64,000 bases of DNA, taken from contig CAWFXX010000010.1 of the NCBI GenBank assembly GCA_963819915.1, forward strand, positions 21,289 to 85,288. The letters are read 5' to 3'. The notes beneath the pieces are model-generated. The model made no database searches and was not told where the DNA came from. It was given only the letters and a program-made list of their open reading frames with translations. Below, piece by piece: positions 10,909 through 20,689 of the stretch. The translations under genes and the position numbers were made by a program. Source of the stretch: an uncultured Alphaproteobacteria bacterium. Its GTDB lineage: Bacteria > Pseudomonadota > Alphaproteobacteria > Rhizobiales > Xanthobacteraceae. The first letter of the stretch is position 1, and each line of letters starts with the position of its first letter.

Positions 10909-11550
10909 ATGTCCGACACGGCACCAATTCAACACCCAAGTTGGTTAACGACTGGTGATTTCACCGAGGCGGACGAGCCTTTGCGGCTCTTCACCGCATG
11001 GCTGGAGCAGGCCACCACCACCGAACCCCGCGACCCCACGGCCATGGTCCTGGCCACCGTCGATGCCGACGGCGTCCCGAATGCGCGGATGGTGCTGCTA
11101 AAAGGCATCGATGAGCGCGGTTTCGTGTTCTATACGAACGTAAACAGCCAAAAAGGGCGGGAATTGGATCGTCGCCCGCAAGCCGCCCTGGTCTTCTACT
11201 GGAAGTCGGTCAACCGGCAGGTCCGGCTGCGCGGCCATGTGGAACGGGTCACTGACGCCGAGGCCGACGCCTATTTCGCCTCCCGTCCGAAGCAGGCCCA
11301 GATCGGCGCCTGGGCGAGCAAGCAATCGACGCCGCTCGAAAGCCGGCTCGCCTTCGAAAAAGCCGTGGCGGTCTATGCCGCGAAATATGCGCTCAGTGAT
11401 GTGCCGCGCCCGCCCAATTGGTCCGGATATCGGATCGTGCCGCTCTCGATCGAGTTCTGGCAGGAACGGCCTTTCCGTCTGCACGACCGCATCGAGTTCA
11501 AGCGCGACGGACTTGGCGCACCCTGGAGCAAGACGCGGCTTTATCCCTGA
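10909..11550 (+). CDS. pdxH: Pyridoxine/pyridoxamine 5'-phosphate oxidase
   Basis: [38 protein letters not shown]. Confidence 0.96.
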   Translation: MSDTAPIQHPSWLTTGDFTEADEPLRLFTAWLEQATTTEPRDPTAMVLATVDADGVPNARMVLLKGIDERGFVFYTNVNSQKGRELDRRPQAALVFYWKSVNRQVRLRGHVERVTDAEADAYFASRPKQAQIGAWASKQSTPLESRLAFEKAVAVYAAKYALSDVPRPPNWSGYRIVPLSIEFWQERPFRLHDRIEFKRDGLGAPWSKTRLYP

Positions 11551-11597
11551 GCTAGGCTTGATGGTCGTAGCCAGGCTGGAACAATTCAAAGGACGGT

Positions 11598-12350
11598 ATG
11601 CCGAATTCGCAATCGAACCAGCCGCGCCGCACGTTGCTTCTCACCGGAGCAAGCCGCGGCATTGGCCATGCGACCGTCAAACGTTTCTCGGCGGCCGGCT
11701 GGCGTGTGATCACCTGTTCGCGTCATCCGTTTCCGGAAAATTGCCCGTGGGACGCCGGTCCGGAAGATCACATCCAGGTCGATCTTGCAAACGAAGCCAA
11801 TACCGACGCGGCGATTGCCGAGATCAAGCAGCGGCTCGATACGCATGAATTGCACGCGCTCGTCAACAACGCGGCGATCTCGCCCAAAGCTGATGGCGGC
11901 AAGAGGCTCAGCACGCTCGACACCAGCAACGACGATTGGCACCACGTCTTTCAGGTCAACTTCTTTGCCCCGATTATGCTGGCGCGCGGTCTAGTGAATG
12001 AACTCAAGGCGGCGAAGGGCTCAGTGGTAAACGTGACATCGATTGCCGGCTCGCGCGTTCATCCCTTCGCGGGCGCAGCCTATTCGACATCGAAGGCGGC
12101 ACTCGCTGCCCTCACCCGCGAAATGGCCAGCGACTTTGGCCGCCTCGGCATTCGTGTCAACGCTATTGCACCAGGCGAAATCGACACCGCCATTCTGTCT
12201 CCCGGCACGGAAAAGATTGTCGAGCAAATACCGCTACAGCGTCTCGGCACGCCGGACGAAGTTTCCAAAATCATCTACGTGCTGTGCACCGACACGAGCT
12301 CCTACGTGAACGGCGCCGAGATCCATATCAATGGCGGTCAGCACGTGTGA
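11598..12350 (+). CDS. SDR family oxidoreductase
   Basis: TGASRGIG, NNAA, YSTSK, NAIAPG. Confidence 0.92.
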   Translation: MPNSQSNQPRRTLLLTGASRGIGHATVKRFSAAGWRVITCSRHPFPENCPWDAGPEDHIQVDLANEANTDAAIAEIKQRLDTHELHALVNNAAISPKADGGKRLSTLDTSNDDWHHVFQVNFFAPIMLARGLVNELKAAKGSVVNVTSIAGSRVHPFAGAAYSTSKAALAALTREMASDFGRLGIRVNAIAPGEIDTAILSPGTEKIVEQIPLQRLGTPDEVSKIIYVLCTDTSSYVNGAEIHINGGQHV

Positions 12351-12406
12351 GGCGGGTTCGCGGCACAAAGCAAATACCGCTCGTTTCCCGGCGCGTCGTA
12401 TCCGCT

Positions 12407-12497
12407 GTCATGGCCGGGCTTGTCCCGGCCATCCCGTTTAGGTTTGGCACCGCGTTGCCTTTCTAAGCGGGATCACCGGGACGAGCCCGGTGATGAC
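12407..12497. repeat. REP-like element (gtcatggccgggcttgtcccggccat class)
   Basis: Hairpins atggccggg/cccggccat and atcaccggg/cccggtgat flanking a paired core. Confidence 0.85.
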
Positions 12498-12548
12498 GTG
12501 CGGCGGGCGCAGTTGAGCCGCTTCGCGCCAAGACAAGCGTCATCGCCC

Positions 12549-13047
12549 TGTTTCTTTGCGGCGCCGGGTACGCCGTCGTCCATCGGCAGAAACTCGCGCC
12601 GCCGGGAAAAGAACCGAGGGCGCGCGGGACGCCAAGGGTCATAATGGACCCACGGGCCTCGACGCCTCGCGACATCGAGGCTTGTCGAAGTCCTTTGTAG
12701 TGCCGCAAGTCCGCCAAACCCAAGGCGTCCCGCGCGCGGTGTTTGAGGTTTGCTCCGCGCCGTCCCCGGTGGTCGACCCGTTCGTCACACCGGCCCGTTG
12801 TCCGTTCCGTGCAACGCTCCACCGTTTGAGGCCCTGGCACCTCAGCCAGCGATGCTTCTGACCGCCCGCCGGCTTACCAGCCGTCAGTGGGGCTCTCGGC
12901 GTGCGGCAGGCACGCCGGGATCGTGCGCGGCTTGGACCGCCGGGTGGGAAGTACGCGCCGCATCTCCGACGCCCCATTCCCGGCCACCGCTCCCCGCCCC
13001 GCGTCTGGAGACGCTGATCAGACACCCCTCGGTAACGGGGCGGGATG
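12549..13047. other. ~500 bp highly structured non-coding element (candidate MITE-like element or structured RNA)
   Basis: Long-range 20-nt inverted repeat 12620-12639 / 12718-12737, several internal hairpins, terminal stem 12993-13001 / 13036-13044; no credible ORF. Confidence 0.6.
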
Positions 13048-13138
13048 ACAATAGGAAAACATACCTTAGGAATAAAATCAAGAGCCGCCGGCGGAAGTTC
13101 AATGGCCGGTACCAGGCTGACGTATACGAAATGATAAC

Positions 13139-13160
13139 TGACGAATATTGACATTCATCA
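13139..13160. promoter_or_regulatory. Candidate TetR operator overlapping a TTGACA -35
   Basis: TGACGAAT-N6-ATTCATCA imperfect palindrome with TTGACA at 13148-13153, upstream of an RND operon that ends in tetR. Confidence 0.5.
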
Positions 13161-13197
13161 TTAGTTATGGCGTTGTCAGGTCATTGGAGGTCCAAAA

Positions 13198-14295
13198 ATG
13201 TCCGCTCCCGCCAGTTTCTCCATATTTCACAAGCTGTTGGTCTTGTTGCCTGTCGTCGCCCTCGCCGGCTGCGAACCCACCACAGCCCAACAGCCCGCGC
13301 CTGCAAGGCCGGTTCTCGTCACCAGCGTCCATTTTGAGCCCCAGGTCGCCGACCGCAGCTTTGTCGGCACAATCCGCCCGCGGATCGAAAGCGACCTGGG
13401 CTTCCGGGTAGCCGGGAAGGTATCCCGGCGACTGGTCGAGGTCGGCGCGCTGGTCGAGAGCGGTCAGCCGCTGGCGACGCTAGACGAGACCGACCTCACC
13501 TTGCAGGCCGAACAGGCCAAGGCCGAGCTAAGGGCGGCGACCGGGGTGGTCGCCCAGGCGAGCGCTGCCGAAACCCGCACCAGCGAACTGCGGCAGAAGG
13601 GCTGGTCGACCGATGCGCAGCTCGACCAAGCCAAGGCGGCGGCTGACGAGGCTCGCGCGCGGCTCAGCCGCGCGCAGCAGTCGGTCGAGCTGACGAAGAA
13701 CAGTCTCTCCTACGCGACGCTTGTTGCCGATGCTCCTGGGGTGGTCACCGCAACTTTGGTCGAGCCCGGTCAGGTCGTTGCTTCCGGACAGACGGCCATC
13801 CGCGTGGCGCGGCTTGGCGAAAAGGAAGTCGTGGTCGCGATACCCGAAACACTATTGACGCGCGCCAGGTCCGCCGAGGCGCGGGTCTCGATCTGGTCCG
13901 AGCCGGGCAAGGATTACGTGGCGAAGCTTCGCGAGCTCGCCCCCTCTGCCGATCCGGCAACACGAACCTATCTCGCCAAGTTCTCGATGCCCGGCGCCGG
14001 CAATGAAGTACAGCTCGGAATGACAGCGACACTGATATTGTCCGATGCAGCCAGCGAACGCGTTGCTCGTCTTCCCCTCTCCGCGTTGTTCGATCAGGGC
14101 GGCGGTCCCGCGCTTTACATTGTCGACAGCAAGACCGGCGCCGTCATACTCAAGTACGTGACCGTCAAGGCCTATGAAGCCAGCAACGTGCTGATCAGCG
14201 GTGGCGTCGATGAAGGCGCAAACGTGGTGACCCTCGGCGTGCAGAAACTCGAGCCTGCCGAGAAAGTCAAAGTGGTTTCGTCCCTCTCATTCTGA
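13198..14295 (+). CDS. RND efflux periplasmic adaptor subunit (lipoprotein)
   Basis: LAGC lipobox, GFRVAGKV, alpha-hairpin, ADPATRTY, LPLSAL. Confidence 0.92.
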   Translation: MSAPASFSIFHKLLVLLPVVALAGCEPTTAQQPAPARPVLVTSVHFEPQVADRSFVGTIRPRIESDLGFRVAGKVSRRLVEVGALVESGQPLATLDETDLTLQAEQAKAELRAATGVVAQASAAETRTSELRQKGWSTDAQLDQAKAAADEARARLSRAQQSVELTKNSLSYATLVADAPGVVTATLVEPGQVVASGQTAIRVARLGEKEVVVAIPETLLTRARSAEARVSIWSEPGKDYVAKLRELAPSADPATRTYLAKFSMPGAGNEVQLGMTATLILSDAASERVARLPLSALFDQGGGPALYIVDSKTGAVILKYVTVKAYEASNVLISGGVDEGANVVTLGVQKLEPAEKVKVVSSLSF

Positions 14296-14311
14296 TCAAC
14301 AGGAAAACGCC

Positions 14312-17300
14312 ATGCGTCGTTTCAATCTTTCAGCGTGGGCAGTCGCGCACCCCGCCTTGATCCTTTTCCTGATTGTGATGTTTGGCGTGGGAGGCCTGCT
14401 CTCGTACCGCAGCCTGGGGCGCGCAGAGGATCCTTCGTTCACCATCAAGGTGGCGGTGGTCACCGCGATGTGGCCGGGCGCAACGGCAGCCGACATGCAG
14501 GCGCAGGTCGCCGATCCGATCGAAAAGAAGCTGCAGGAGCTTCCCTATTTCGACAAGGTCACGACCTACACCAAGCCGGCATTCACGGCGATGCAGGTCG
14601 CCTTCAAGGACAATACCCCGGCGCGCCAGGTGCCGGAGCTGTTCTACCAGTTGCGCAAGAAAATCAGCGACATCAAGGACGACCTGCCGTCGGGCCTGAC
14701 TGGCCCGTCCGTCAATGACGAATATGGCGACGTCGACTCGATCCTCTACATGCTGACGGCCAACGGCGCCGACTATGCCCAGATGAAAAAGGTTGCGGAA
14801 GGCGTCCGGCAACGGCTGCTGAAGGTTAAGAATGTCACCAAAGTCAATCTTTACGGCACGCAGGACGAAAAGATCTACGTCGAGTTTTCCAATGCCAAGC
14901 TGGCGACGCTCGGTGTCACCACCGATCAGATTTTCCAGTCGCTCGCCCGGCAGAATGCCGTCGTGCCGGCCGGCACTGTGGAGTCCTCGGCGCAGCGTGT
15001 TCCCCTGCGCGTGACCGGCGCCCTTGACGGCGTCAAGGCTGTGTCCGAGACGCCGGTCGAGGCCAATGGCCGCGTCTTCCGCCTCGGCGACATCGCGCAG
15101 GTCACCCACGGCTTTGTCGATCCACCGGATTTCCAGGTGCGGCAGGAGGGCAAATCCGCCATCGGCATCGGCGTGGTAATGGCGAAGGGTGCCAACATTC
15201 TTGAGCTGGGCCCTGCCGTGGCCGCTGCTACCGCGGACTTCATGGCCGCGGTGCCGCAAGGATTTGAACTTCAGCAGATCGCCGATCAGCCGGAAGTCGT
15301 CGAGCACGCTGTTGGCGAGTTCGTCCATTCCTTCATCGAGGCGCTTGCGATCGTGCTGTTCGTCAGTTTCCTCGCGCTAGGCTGGCGTACCGGCATCGTC
15401 GTTGCGCTCTCCGTCCCGCTGGTGCTGGCGATCGTCTTCATCGTTATGAACGCGATGGGCATGGACCTGCACCGGATTACGCTTGGTGCCCTCATTATTG
15501 CACTCGGCCTGCTGGTCGATGACGCCATCATCGCCGTCGAAATGATGGTGGTGAAAATGGAACAGGGCTGGGACCGGATGCGCGCCGCATCGTTTGCCTG
15601 GGAATCCACGGCTTTCCCGATGCTCACCGGGACGCTGGTGACGGCCGCCGGATTTCTGCCCATCGGCTTTGCCAGTTCCTCGGTCGGCGAATATGCCGGC
15701 GGCATCTTCTGGGTCGTAGCTATCTCCCTGGTAGCCTCGTGGTTCGTGGCCGTGGTGTTCACGCCCTATATCGGCGTGCAACTCCTTGGCAACCTGGGAC
15801 AAGGCGGCCGCAAACACGACCCGCATGCGATTTACGAGACGCGGACCTACCGCGCGCTGCGCCGCCTCATCGAATGGTGCATCGAGCGGCGGGGCACGGT
15901 CGTGCTGGCGACCATCGGTGTCTTCGCGCTCTCAATCGCCGGCTTCGGCCTCGTGCAGCAGCAATTCTTCCCGCTCTCCGAGCGGCCCGAGCTGTTCTTC
16001 CAGTTGCGCCTGCCCGAAGGAACCGCCTTCGGCACCACGCTCGAATCCGTCAAGAAGGCGGAGACCCTGCTCAAGGGCGACAAGGATATTTCGACCTACA
16101 CGACCTATGTCGGCCGCGGCTCACCGCGCTTCTGGATTGGCCTCAATCCGCAGCTGCCGAACCAATCCTTCGCAGAGATCGTGGTCGTGTCGAAGGACGT
16201 CGAGGCACGCGAACGGATCAAGGCACGCGTCGAGAAGGCGGTCGCGAACGGCGCGCTTTCGGAAGCGCGCGTACGCGTTGACCGGTTCAACTTTGGCCCG
16301 CCGGTCGGTTTCCCCGTGCAGTTCCGAAGTCATCGGCCCCGACACCAAAAAGGTGCGCGAGATCGCCTATCGGGTGCGGGATGTCATGCGGGACAACAAA
16401 CAGTTGGTGGATCCCCATCTCGACTGGAATGAGCAGTCGCCGTACCTGAAGCTCGTCGTCGATCAGGACCGCGTGCGCGCCCTCGGCATGACGCCCCAGG
16501 ATATTTCCAAGTCGCTGAGCATGCTGATCTCCGGTGTGCCGATCACCACGGTGCGCGACGGCATCGAGAAAGTCGAAGTGGTGGCGCGCGCCGTGTCTTC
16601 GGAACAACTCGACCTCGCACATATCGGCGACCTGTCGATCTATTCGAAAAACGGCGTCGCCGTCCCGCTCTCGCAGATTGCCAAAGTCGAATTCTCCCAT
16701 GAGGAGCCGATCCTGTGGCGCATCAACCGCGATATGGCGATCACGGTGCGCGCCGATGTCGTTGATGGCGTGCAGCCCCCGGACGCCACCAATGCAATCT
16801 GGCCGAAACTCAAATCCATCCGCGACAGTCTCGAGCCGGCCTACCGGATCGAGATCGGCGGCGCGATCGAGGAATCCGAGAAGGGCAACGCCTCGATCTT
16901 CGTGTTGTTTCCGGTGATGATCGCTGCGATGCTCACGTTGCTGATGGTGCAGCTGCAGAACATCTCGCGGCTCGTGCTGGTCTTTCTGACGGCCCCGCTA
17001 GGGATCATTGGAGCCTCATTGGCCCTGAATGTTGCCGACCGGCCTTTTGGCTTTGTCGCGTTGCTCGGCCTTATCGCACTTGCCGGTATGATCATGCGCA
17101 ACGCCGTGATTCTGGTCGACCAGATCGAAACGGATGTCGCCCACGGGCTGACCCTACGCGAGGCTATTGTGGAAGCGACCGTCAGGCGGGCAAGGCCTGT
17201 CATCCTCACGGCCATGGCGGCGATCTTGGCCATGATTCCGCTGTCCCACTCGGCATTCTGGGGCCCAATGGCGGTCACCATCATGGGAGGTCTGTTCGTG

Positions 17301-17453
17301 GCCACCTTCCTGACTTTGCTCTTCCTGCCCAGTCTTTATGCGTTGTGGTATCGTAAGCGCCTCGGGGAGCATCAGGGCGAGCGAGTCGAAACGGACGCCA
17401 CGGGACCCGTGCACCGGCCTGCCGGAGCCACGCTTGCGGCGGCCGCCGAATGA
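14312..17453 (+). CDS. RND efflux permease (AcrB/AcrD/AcrF family), +1 frameshift at ~16327
   Basis: GRAEDPSFT, GLLVDDAII, then PPVGFPVQFR continues as VIGPD in the next frame; RNAVILVDQI, RARPVILT. Confidence 0.92.
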
Positions 17454-17478
17454 GAAAAAGCGAGGGGAAGAAAATTGA

Positions 17479-18090
17479 ATGAGCGACGTGCGCGACCATA
17501 CCGAGACAGACGTCCGCGAGAGGATTCTCCTCAAGGCTGAACGGCTGTTTCGCGAAATCGGATACCAGAAGACGACGGTAGCCGATATCGCCAAGGCTCT
17601 GCAGATGAGCCCCGCGAATGTCTATCGTTTCTTCGATTCCAAGAAATCGATTAATGCCGGCGTGGCGCGTCGATTAATGGGAGAAGTTGAGGAGGCTTCG
17701 AAGGCCATAGCCGCGAAGCGCGGTAGCGCCGCCACGCGGCTGCGCGAGTTGCTTACGACTATCCATCGCATGAATTCAGACCGCTATGTCGGCGATTCCA
17801 AGATGCATGAGATGGTCGCGTGCGCCATGGAAGAGAACTGGGATGTTTGCAAGGCGCACATGGAATGCCTCGTCGGCGAAATCAGTCAGGTCATTTCGTC
17901 AGGTGTGGCTTCAGGCGAGTTCCACGTGCCGGACGTTGGTGTCGCCGCCCTGTGCATCTGTGCCTCGATGGTGCGCTTTTTCCATCCGCAGATCATTGCC
18001 GAATCCGAGGGCAAACCGGGCCCGACGCTCGACCAGATGATCGACTTTGTTATTGCGGGCCTTGGTGGCTCGAAACGAGGCCAGCGCTGA
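17479..18090 (+). CDS. TetR/AcrR family transcriptional regulator
   Basis: GYQKTTVADIA...SPANVYRFFDSK HTH. Confidence 0.93.
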   Translation: MSDVRDHTETDVRERILLKAERLFREIGYQKTTVADIAKALQMSPANVYRFFDSKKSINAGVARRLMGEVEEASKAIAAKRGSAATRLRELLTTIHRMNSDRYVGDSKMHEMVACAMEENWDVCKAHMECLVGEISQVISSGVASGEFHVPDVGVAALCICASMVRFFHPQIIAESEGKPGPTLDQMIDFVIAGLGGSKRGQR

Positions 18091-18091
18091 T

Positions 18092-19066
18092 TTACAGCCA
18101 CTTCCGCCACTTGAAATAGACGATCGGCAGCACGGCGGCGATCACCATCAGAATGAGCGCGAACGGATATCCAAAATCCCATTCGAGCTCGATCATGCCT
18201 TTGTGAAAATTCATGCCGTAGACCGATGCGACCAGCGTCGGCGGCATGAAAATGACCGCGGCGATCGAAAAAATCTTGATGATGGCGTTTTGTTCAATGT
18301 TGACCACGCCAAGCATGGCATCGAGCAAGAACGTGATCTTGCTCGACAGATAGCTCGCGTGGTCGGAGAGTGACGCGGTATCGCGGCGCATGGATTGCAG
18401 ATGAGCACGCACATCCTTGTTCCAGCGCATGCCCTCCGCCTCGGTCGTCAGAAACAGGAGCAACCGGCCGATCGATACCAGGCTTTCGCGCACCTTCGAG
18501 GTCAGATCGCCCTTGCGCCCGAGCGCCTTGAGCACGTCCTTGTAGGATGGAGGCTCGGCATCGTCCTCCGGCTCAAAAATTGAATGTGAGACCTGATCGA
18601 CCTCGGCACCGATGCGCTCCAGAATATCGGCCGAGCGGTCGACGACCGCATCGAGCAGATCCATCAGCACCGATTCACCCGACACCTTTGCGTGACAGGA
18701 CCGCGCCAGTTTGTATTCAACGATCGCGAAGGGACGAGGGTCGTCGTAACGCACGGTAACGAGGCGATGACCGGAGAGAATAAAGGTGACGGGCGTGGTT
18801 TTCGGTGCATCGGTGTCCGACTGACACATCAGCGTCGCCGTCATATAGCGCGCGCCATTTTCCACATAGAGGCGGCTGGAGACCTCGATTTCCTGCATTT
18901 CCTCGCGCGTCGGCACCGCGATGCCGAGCAGTTTTTCGACGAGTTTGTCCTCCTGCACGGTCGGCGTGACGAGATCGATCCACACCGCTTCATCGGGCGG
19001 CGGCGAACCGGGTTCGACCGCCACTCGCTCGAGTGTCGTGCCTCGCGGGATGTAGACCGAAAGCAT
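18092..19066 (-). CDS. corA: CorA family Mg2+/Co2+ transporter
   Basis: WIDL, EIEVSSRLY, PPTLVASVYGMNF signature, two C-terminal TMs. Confidence 0.93.
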   Translation of the reverse strand: MLSVYIPRGTTLERVAVEPGSPPPDEAVWIDLVTPTVQEDKLVEKLLGIAVPTREEMQEIEVSSRLYVENGARYMTATLMCQSDTDAPKTTPVTFILSGHRLVTVRYDDPRPFAIVEYKLARSCHAKVSGESVLMDLLDAVVDRSADILERIGAEVDQVSHSIFEPEDDAEPPSYKDVLKALGRKGDLTSKVRESLVSIGRLLLFLTTEAEGMRWNKDVRAHLQSMRRDTASLSDHASYLSSKITFLLDAMLGVVNIEQNAIIKIFSIAAVIFMPPTLVASVYGMNFHKGMIELEWDFGYPFALILMVIAAVLPIVYFKWRKWL

Positions 19067-19255
19067 CTCATCACCATCTTGCGCATGACTTCTCGTCGTC
19101 ATGCGCGGTCGTGTCATCTCTCATGACCCGATCGCACGGATTTGCGCAAGACAAAATTACCGCGTGCGCGGCCGTATTCGCGGCCGCGCACGCGGTTCGT
19201 GATCAAATTCCGGAAGCCGTCCGTTTGTGACGTCGGAGCCGGCGCGCGCGATTTT

Positions 19256-19423
19256 CTAGTCGCGGTCGTAGGGCTCGAAGTGGGTCTCGGCCGCATTGCG
19301 CTGCTCGCCCTGGTGGCGAACCGCGGCGGCGACTGCCGAGATCCCGATTTTGCCGTAACGGGTGTCGAGATTTGTGTATTGCCGGGCGGAGTCTTGCTTC
19401 TGCTCCGTTGCTTTCACATTCAT
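19256..19423 (-). CDS. Small hypothetical protein (55 aa)
   Basis: MNVKATEQ...YGKIGISAVAAAVR; GGAG upstream. Confidence 0.55.
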   Translation of the reverse strand: MNVKATEQKQDSARQYTNLDTRYGKIGISAVAAAVRHQGEQRNAAETHFEPYDRD

Positions 19424-19779
19424 AGTCCTGAACTCCAGTCCTTCCTTGCGTTGTCCCCTTCCAACCCCAATGTGGTAAATCACTGGGGCGGAATTGCGCG
19501 GCAATTCGTATGGTCTTGTGACATTCGACGGCCGCCGCGGCATTCGGGCCGTCGCTAAATATAGGCGCGTCCATGGTAAACCCTGTCTTAAGGTCTTGGG
19601 ACCAAAGTCATTTTTCGAACTCGATGGAACTCGGCCGGGTGCGGCATTCCTGCAACAGGTCCACAGGAAGGTGATCGTGGACCTGGCAGAAACGTAGCAA
19701 TGCCGGGGTTTTTTCGGTTAATTGCGGATCAGGAACGTTTGTGCGGCGCCGCAGTGGCGACCGGAAAAAGAGGAAGAAA

Positions 19780-20451
19780 ATGGCGGGAAGAAGGGGGTTG
19801 TTGATCGTCCTGTTCGGCGCCGGCCTTGTGCTGGGCGGCTGCATGCAGTCAACGATCGAACCGGCATCGGAAGCGAACTTCACGGCCCGCGACAAGAAGC
19901 TGTTGGCGGCAGCGCCTTATGAAAAAGCCACGATCCCCGAACCGTACAAGCGCCACATCGTCGAATATCACCGCAAGGAAGCGCCCGGCACGATCCTGAT
20001 CGATTCCGACGCGCGCTATCTCTATTACGTGCTGCCCGATGGCAAGGCGATCCGCTACGGCGTGACCGTGGGCGAAGAAGCGCTGGCCTGGTCGGGCGTC
20101 GCAAAGGTTGGCCGCATGGCGGAATGGCCATCGTGGACGCCGACCGACGAAATCAAGAAGCGCATGGACGTGCCGAACTTCGTCAGCGGCGGTCCGCAAA
20201 ACCCGCTCGGCGCGCGTGCGATGTACCTCTATGAGGGCAACAAGGACACCCTCTATCGCATTCACGGCACCAATCAGCCGGAATATATTGGCGAGGCAAT
20301 CTCTTCGGGCTGCATTCGCATGACCAACGAGGACGTCATCGACCTCTACAAGCGCGTGAAGCAGGGCGCGGTGGTTGTGGTGCTGGCACCGCATCAGGGC
20401 GACTCGCCGGCCAATCCGCGCGTGGCGTCGGCGGTCGGTCCGTTCCGCTGA
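19780..20451 (+). CDS. L,D-transpeptidase (YkuD/ErfK) lipoprotein
   Basis: LGGC lipobox, GTILID, NPLGARAMYL, RIHGT, SSGCIRM. Confidence 0.94.
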   Translation: MAGRRGLLIVLFGAGLVLGGCMQSTIEPASEANFTARDKKLLAAAPYEKATIPEPYKRHIVEYHRKEAPGTILIDSDARYLYYVLPDGKAIRYGVTVGEEALAWSGVAKVGRMAEWPSWTPTDEIKKRMDVPNFVSGGPQNPLGARAMYLYEGNKDTLYRIHGTNQPEYIGEAISSGCIRMTNEDVIDLYKRVKQGAVVVVLAPHQGDSPANPRVASAVGPFR

Positions 20452-20470
20452 GCATCGATGCATTGAATTG

Positions 20471-20500
20471 AAAGCGGCGCCTTCGGGCGCCGTTTTTGTT
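20471..20500 (+). terminator. Rho-independent terminator after the L,D-transpeptidase
   Basis: gcggcgcc-TTCG-ggcgccgt stem followed by a T-rich tract. Confidence 0.75.
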
Positions 20501-20527
20501 TTGGCGTTTGCCACAAGCACAGCGTGT

Positions 20528-20676
20528 TCCCTCTCCCCGTTGGGGAGAGGGTTAGGGTGAGGGGGTTCGGGATTCACGAGGGGCTATAACCCCTCACCCG
20601 ACGCGCGGAGCTTGTCATCGGGCCGCGCTTCGCGCGGACCCGTTGGCGCGTCGACCTCTCCCTATGGGAGAGGTGA
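20528..20676. repeat. REP-like element (ccctctcccc...gggtgagggg class) with nested internal palindrome
   Basis: Stems ccctctcccc/ggggagaggg, gggtgagggg/cccctcaccc, cgacgcgc/gcgcgtcg, acctctccc/gggagaggt. Confidence 0.85.
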
Positions 20677-20689
20677 AGAAAGGCTGCAC

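Noticed and set aside
12549-13047. Group II intron or riboswitch identity for the structured element
   Set aside because: No domain V/VI consensus, no RT ORF and no riboswitch signature recognised
12556-13154. ORFs 12556-12861 (+), 12639-13154 (-) and 12750-13151 (+) as proteins
   Set aside because: Arg/Pro/Gly-rich, no motifs and no RBS; they overlap a palindrome-rich element that explains the open frames
2945-20676. CRISPR array
   Set aside because: The repeats are isolated palindromes, not regularly spaced direct repeats, and there are no cas genes
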